From the NCBI GenBank assembly GCA_025055035.1, contig JANWZB010000002.1, forward strand, positions 3,000 to 66,999: a stretch of 64,000 nt of DNA, read 5' to 3'. The DNA is from Candidatus Kapaibacterium sp. (GTDB lineage: Bacteria; Bacteroidota; Ignavibacteria; Kapaibacteriales; UBA4661). The notes under the pieces were generated by a model, which did not search any database, was not told where the DNA came from, and saw only the letters and a list, made by a program, of their open reading frames with translations. Below are positions 60,799 to 64,000 of this stretch, in pieces; positions within the stretch are counted from its first letter, which is position 1; each line of letters starts with the position of its first letter. Made by a program: the position numbers and the translations under genes.

Positions 60799-60964
60799 TG
60801 TGGAAGGAACTACAAGCAATACAGGTTATGCTGCATATTTGATGATGCAAAGATATAAAATAGCGATTCTTGATGCAAATTTATTTGTAAATTCTGAAAA
60901 AAAATACATACTTTGCAAAAAAAAACGCTAAAATTATAGAGTTTATAATTCATCGCTACGTGTT

Positions 60965-61444
60965 ATGAGGCAAATTATCGATATTGATGATCTTGACATT
61001 AAGATACTAACAATGCTTTTGCATAATGCTCGGCTACCATTTACCGATATTGCTCATGAGGTTCATACTTCATCGGGTACCGTGCATGTGCGTATGAAAA
61101 AGCTGGAGGCAGCAGGAGTAGTTAAAGGTTCACAATTATTGATTTCACCAGCAAAACTGGGATACGATATTTGTGCTTTTCTAGGAATATACCTTGAAAA
61201 AGGCTCGCTGTACAAAAGGGTAGTTAAAGAGCTGGAACTAATTCCAGAGATTATTGAGCTCCACTATACTACTGGCAACTACAATATTCTCGCTAAAATC
61301 ATTTGTCGAGACACGCAGCACCTACGAGAGGTTCTGAATGACAAAATCCAAGCGATAGAGGGTATAGAACGCACTGAAACGTTTATTTCGCTCGAAGAAA
61401 GCCTGCATCGTCCTTTGTCGCTTGAGGAGACATTTAATCCATAG
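60965..61444 (+). CDS. Lrp/AsnC-family transcriptional regulator (second copy)
   Basis: HTH (LDIKILTMLLHNARLPFTDIAHEVHTSSGTVHVRMKKLEAAGVV) plus a RAM domain. 159 aa. Confidence 0.8.
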   Translation: MRQIIDIDDLDIKILTMLLHNARLPFTDIAHEVHTSSGTVHVRMKKLEAAGVVKGSQLLISPAKLGYDICAFLGIYLEKGSLYKRVVKELELIPEIIELHYTTGNYNILAKIICRDTQHLREVLNDKIQAIEGIERTETFISLEESLHRPLSLEETFNP

Positions 61445-61886
61445 TAGCCCTTCGATACCAATAGCACATTAGGCCTACGCTGAATGCAGCGCCTATGCAA
61501 TCCGTCATAACGTCCTGTATACGTGCATGCCGACCGGGAACGTATGATTGATGCAACTCATCAAAAATAGCAAGAAGTAGAACAACAATAAGAGTAGAGA
61601 AATAGTAGTACTGTGTGAATCTGTAGGAATGAGCCTGTGCTGCATACAGTAAGAGACCCAAGATGCCAAAAACAACAATATGGGCGTACCACCGTAGAAC
61701 GGAATTGAGTATATCGCTGCCTCCAACAAGCTCAGCTGTTGAACTGCTTGTAGCGGAAGGAGTATGAGACAAGTATGAAATGAATCCGTACCATGCGGCA
61801 GCATAACACCAAAGTGTAAATCGAGATGTACGCTGTATGCACTGCTCTACTACTAGTATGAAAGAACTACAAGTCATCATCGGCAC
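61434..61886 (-). CDS. VanZ-like family membrane protein
   Basis: Four TM helices and the VanZ motif LAIFDELHQSYVPGRHARIQDVMTDCIGA. Confidence 0.7.
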   Translation of the reverse strand: MPMMTCSSFILVVEQCIQRTSRFTLWCYAAAWYGFISYLSHTPSATSSSTAELVGGSDILNSVLRWYAHIVVFGILGLLLYAAQAHSYRFTQYYYFSTLIVVLLLAIFDELHQSYVPGRHARIQDVMTDCIGAAFSVGLMCYWYRRATMD

Positions 61887-61908
61887 ATTCGTTCCTTATT
61901 TAGAGGTA

Positions 61909-62562
61909 CTAATTCCAATCCAGAACATCAGATATATCCTCGCGCGAGGAGGCATGGCGCAGAAGACCATCGTCTACGAATTCTATAATCATTTGCTTGA
62001 CTTCTGCAACGGGTAAGCGGTAGAAATATGCAAAGCGCCAAATATCAATAGGAGCACGGCGTATTTCCATAAGCAAGATCTCTTTCATAGAGAGTTCATG
62101 CTTGTCTTCTATGCGCTGCAATATAGCATCAATAACAGGCTTAATTTCTTCCGCATTGAAGCTTTTGATAGAGAAGAAAAAGTTTGTTTGGGTTATGAGG
62201 TCGCAAATTGGAAATCCACGGGATTCATGTACCATTTCGGGCAATAAGCCTAAACTCACAAGATACGGCTCATTGCTTTCGCCTTCAGGAATGTCAGTAT
62301 CCCAAAGATCGCTCCAAACGTCATAGTCAACATGTTTGAGCCATTCAAAAAAGTGGCATTCCGACTCTGGAAGTCGTAAGAATACAGATGCGCCAAAGTG
62401 AGCAACTATCTCCTGCGCTTGCGTGCGAGTAATTCTCCAAAATACTTCATCAGGAATCGAAACAACACTGCGCGACGTGCCGGGTAGTATTTCAATACGC
62501 TGTTGAATATATTCGCAAAGCTCTTGTACTGTCATAGTGTTAAAAAAGAGAATCCGTGACAA
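61909..62562 (-). CDS. Hypothetical protein
   Basis: 217 aa ORF with no recognisable motifs. Sits in the same orientation, between the VanZ and TPR genes. Confidence 0.4.
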   Translation of the reverse strand: MSRILFFNTMTVQELCEYIQQRIEILPGTSRSVVSIPDEVFWRITRTQAQEIVAHFGASVFLRLPESECHFFEWLKHVDYDVWSDLWDTDIPEGESNEPYLVSLGLLPEMVHESRGFPICDLITQTNFFFSIKSFNAEEIKPVIDAILQRIEDKHELSMKEILLMEIRRAPIDIWRFAYFYRLPVAEVKQMIIEFVDDGLLRHASSREDISDVLDWN

Positions 62563-62585
62563 GAATGCTAAGGACTACAACTATG

Positions 62586-64000
62586 CTAGAGCTTCATGAG
62601 TCTTTCGAGTCGTTGCTGAGCAGTCTTAGAGAAATCGTCGCTGCTGCGCTGAGCTATGATAAGTCTATACATCTCTTTTGCTGCATCAAATTGCTTCGTT
62701 GCTTCATAGCATAACCCTAAGTTCAGAAGAGCAAGAGTATACCAATCTTCGATGCCAGCAAAGGTACTTTTGTTTTTCAGAAAAGCTCGAATTGCTTCAT
62801 CATATCTCTTTTCACGTTGATACAGTTCACCAATGCGATACTGTGCTTCGGCAGCCAGGTCGTCGGTACGAGCTGCAACGATTTCTTCAAGATGTGCGCG
62901 GGCGCTGTCGTACAGAGCATGCTGACGAAAGAACATTGCAATGCGGTATCGGCAGCGGTCTCCATAGTCTGAGCCTTTGTATCGGTCTGCTACGTAGCGA
63001 TAGTGCTGCAGTGCACCCGTCGTGTCACCGTGTAGCTCGCGCAAGACAGCACGCTCGAATGCTGCACGGATAGCAGCATCGTCACCCGGATACAGATGTT
63101 CTACATGAGCAAATGCGCTATCTACGTGCGCAAAACGCTGTTGTATCGGTGAGGTCGTAGCAGATACAAAGTTCTGAGGAGGTATTGAAGAAAAACGCCG
63201 AGCATCACGTGCAAGAGAAACGCCATCTTTGGATTTATTAGCTAAGAGTGCCTCTCGAAGAGCAAGGGCAAGTTCCAGTGCTGCACGCGGAGCAACAGAA
63301 CTGCTAGGATACTCTTTTTCAATACGCCGAAAAGCAGCAAAAGCTCTTGCAGTGTCCTCAAGCGCAATATAGCTGCGACCAAGCTGATATAGTGCCTCAG
63401 CCGTGCGCGGATTATGGCGGTTTTTCCCGATAAAGTCTTCAAATTCAGCAGCAGCTGTTGAGAACTTTCCTGCATTGAAGAGGGTTTCAGCTTTCTTGAA
63501 CTTGAGTTCTTGCGAAAATGTCGAGCTAGGGCTTGCGCGAATGTATCGGTCAGTGATAAGGGATGCTGAGTCTTCCTTTCCCTGCAGTAAGTAACAGTAT
63601 TGCATGGCACTCACAGCTTCAGGGGCAAGCGGGTGCAGAGGGAAGATATCTATAACTGCCCGGTAGGCTTGAACAGCTGCATCGTACTGTTCCAGATTAA
63701 AATAACTGTCTCCTAGAGCGTAGTATGCACGCGGCGCTGACGAACCTTGTGGGTAGATATCGAGAAGAGCACGAAACTCCTGTGCAGCATCGGCAAAACG
63801 GCGTTGCTGAAAAGCAATCCATGCCGCTCCGTAAAGAGCGTCGTCAGCAAGCGGTGAGTTTGGATATGTTCGTGCAAATGCTTGCATAGACTCGATAGCT
63901 CGCTCATAATCCTGTAGCCGATACAATGCTTGCCCGGCTTGAAATGCTGCATACTCACCAAGCTCTGAATGAGGTTGTAGTAAAGCCGCTTGCTGATATG
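62586..64000 (-). CDS. Tetratricopeptide-repeat protein, 5'-partial (continues beyond window end)
   Basis: At least ten TPR-like 34-mers (W/LG..Y......A...F). The frame stays open upstream of the TTG at 63926 to nt 64000 (…YQQAALLQPHSELGEYAAFQAGQALYRL…). Confidence 0.7.
   Translation of the reverse strand, partial: YQQAALLQPHSELGEYAAFQAGQALYRLQDYERAIESMQAFARTYPNSPLADDALYGAAWIAFQQRRFADAAQEFRALLDIYPQGSSAPRAYYALGDSYFNLEQYDAAVQAYRAVIDIFPLHPLAPEAVSAMQYCYLLQGKEDSASLITDRYIRASPSSTFSQELKFKKAETLFNAGKFSTAAAEFEDFIGKNRHNPRTAEALYQLGRSYIALEDTARAFAAFRRIEKEYPSSSVAPRAALELALALREALLANKSKDGVSLARDARRFSSIPPQNFVSATTSPIQQRFAHVDSAFAHVEHLYPGDDAAIRAAFERAVLRELHGDTTGALQHYRYVADRYKGSDYGDRCRYRIAMFFRQHALYDSARAHLEEIVAARTDDLAAEAQYRIGELYQREKRYDEAIRAFLKNKSTFAGIEDWYTLALLNLGLCYEATKQFDAAKEMYRLIIAQRSSDDFSKTAQQRLERLMKL

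Noticed and set aside
60675-60800. tmRNA (ssrA). The plus strand begins GGGGCTG...GGAGTCGAAC, reminiscent of the tmRNA 5' end.
   Set aside because: Only about 290 nt lie before the next gene. No tag-peptide reading frame ending in ...ALAA-stop is present, and there is no 3' GGTTCGA-N-TCC...CCACCA arm on that strand. The T-arm is on the minus strand, so I kept it as an unclassified tRNA-like element.
1-64000. Mobile element, prophage, CRISPR or defence island
   Set aside because: No integrase, transposase, phage structural or replication genes, no direct-repeat arrays with spacers, and no restriction or toxin-antitoxin signatures. Both tRNAs lack flanking integrases or direct-repeat att duplications.

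Overview
This 64 kb window is a gene-dense chromosomal segment of about 48-50% GC from a Gram-negative (diderm) bacterium. It uses the standard genetic code: TGA, TAA and TAG all terminate recognisable genes, and several genes have clear Shine-Dalgarno sites (GGAGG, AAGGAG). I cannot name the organism from sequence alone. The combination of LptF/G, OmpA domains, a sigma-54 activator, type III glutamine synthetase, an M61 peptidase, DUF3127 and a solitary pheT is compatible with a spirochaete or an FCB-group-like lineage. Around 50 protein genes and two tRNAs are recognisable. Housekeeping genes: rpiB, a YacP/NYN protein, an RluE-like pseudouridine synthase, murB, pheT, purL, purB, purF, leuC, type III glutamine synthetase, isocitrate lyase, speA, pruA, thiamine pyrophosphokinase and rfbD. 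Regulators: two Lrp/AsnC proteins, a Fur homologue, an orphan sigma-54 enhancer-binding protein (EBP) response regulator and a tandem-GAF PP2C phosphatase. Redox genes: Bcp and a redoxin lipoprotein. Envelope genes: YfhO, LptF/G, a Wzx-like flippase, MscS, rhomboid, VanZ, a small beta-barrel OMP and YceI. No transposase, integrase, CRISPR array or prophage module is visible. The less ordinary observations are listed here. (1) Two clusters of DnaA-box-like 9-mers about 3 kb apart, one of them next to a tandem AT-rich 13-mer repeat, make a candidate bipartite oriC-like region. (2) A pair of exported vWA/OmpA proteins: a roughly 1580 aa vWA-WD40-OmpA-OmpA giant, and a vWA-OmpA-CAP protein whose 5' region is interrupted by an in-frame TGA. 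(3) A 1193 aa TerB-FHA-FHA-ABCG-type transporter (Rv1747-like architecture) heads a minus-strand operon that includes a catalytically degenerate 3-hydroxyacyl-CoA dehydrogenase paralog. (4) A DUF3127 protein ends in a perfect SSB-type C-terminal tail (DDDIPF). (5) A 120 nt tRNA-like element with a canonical T-arm but no cloverleaf, followed by a terminator hairpin. (6) A 36-codon gene for a secreted 10-residue two-cysteine peptide with a strong SD. I could not run database searches, so all family assignments rest on motifs read from the translations.
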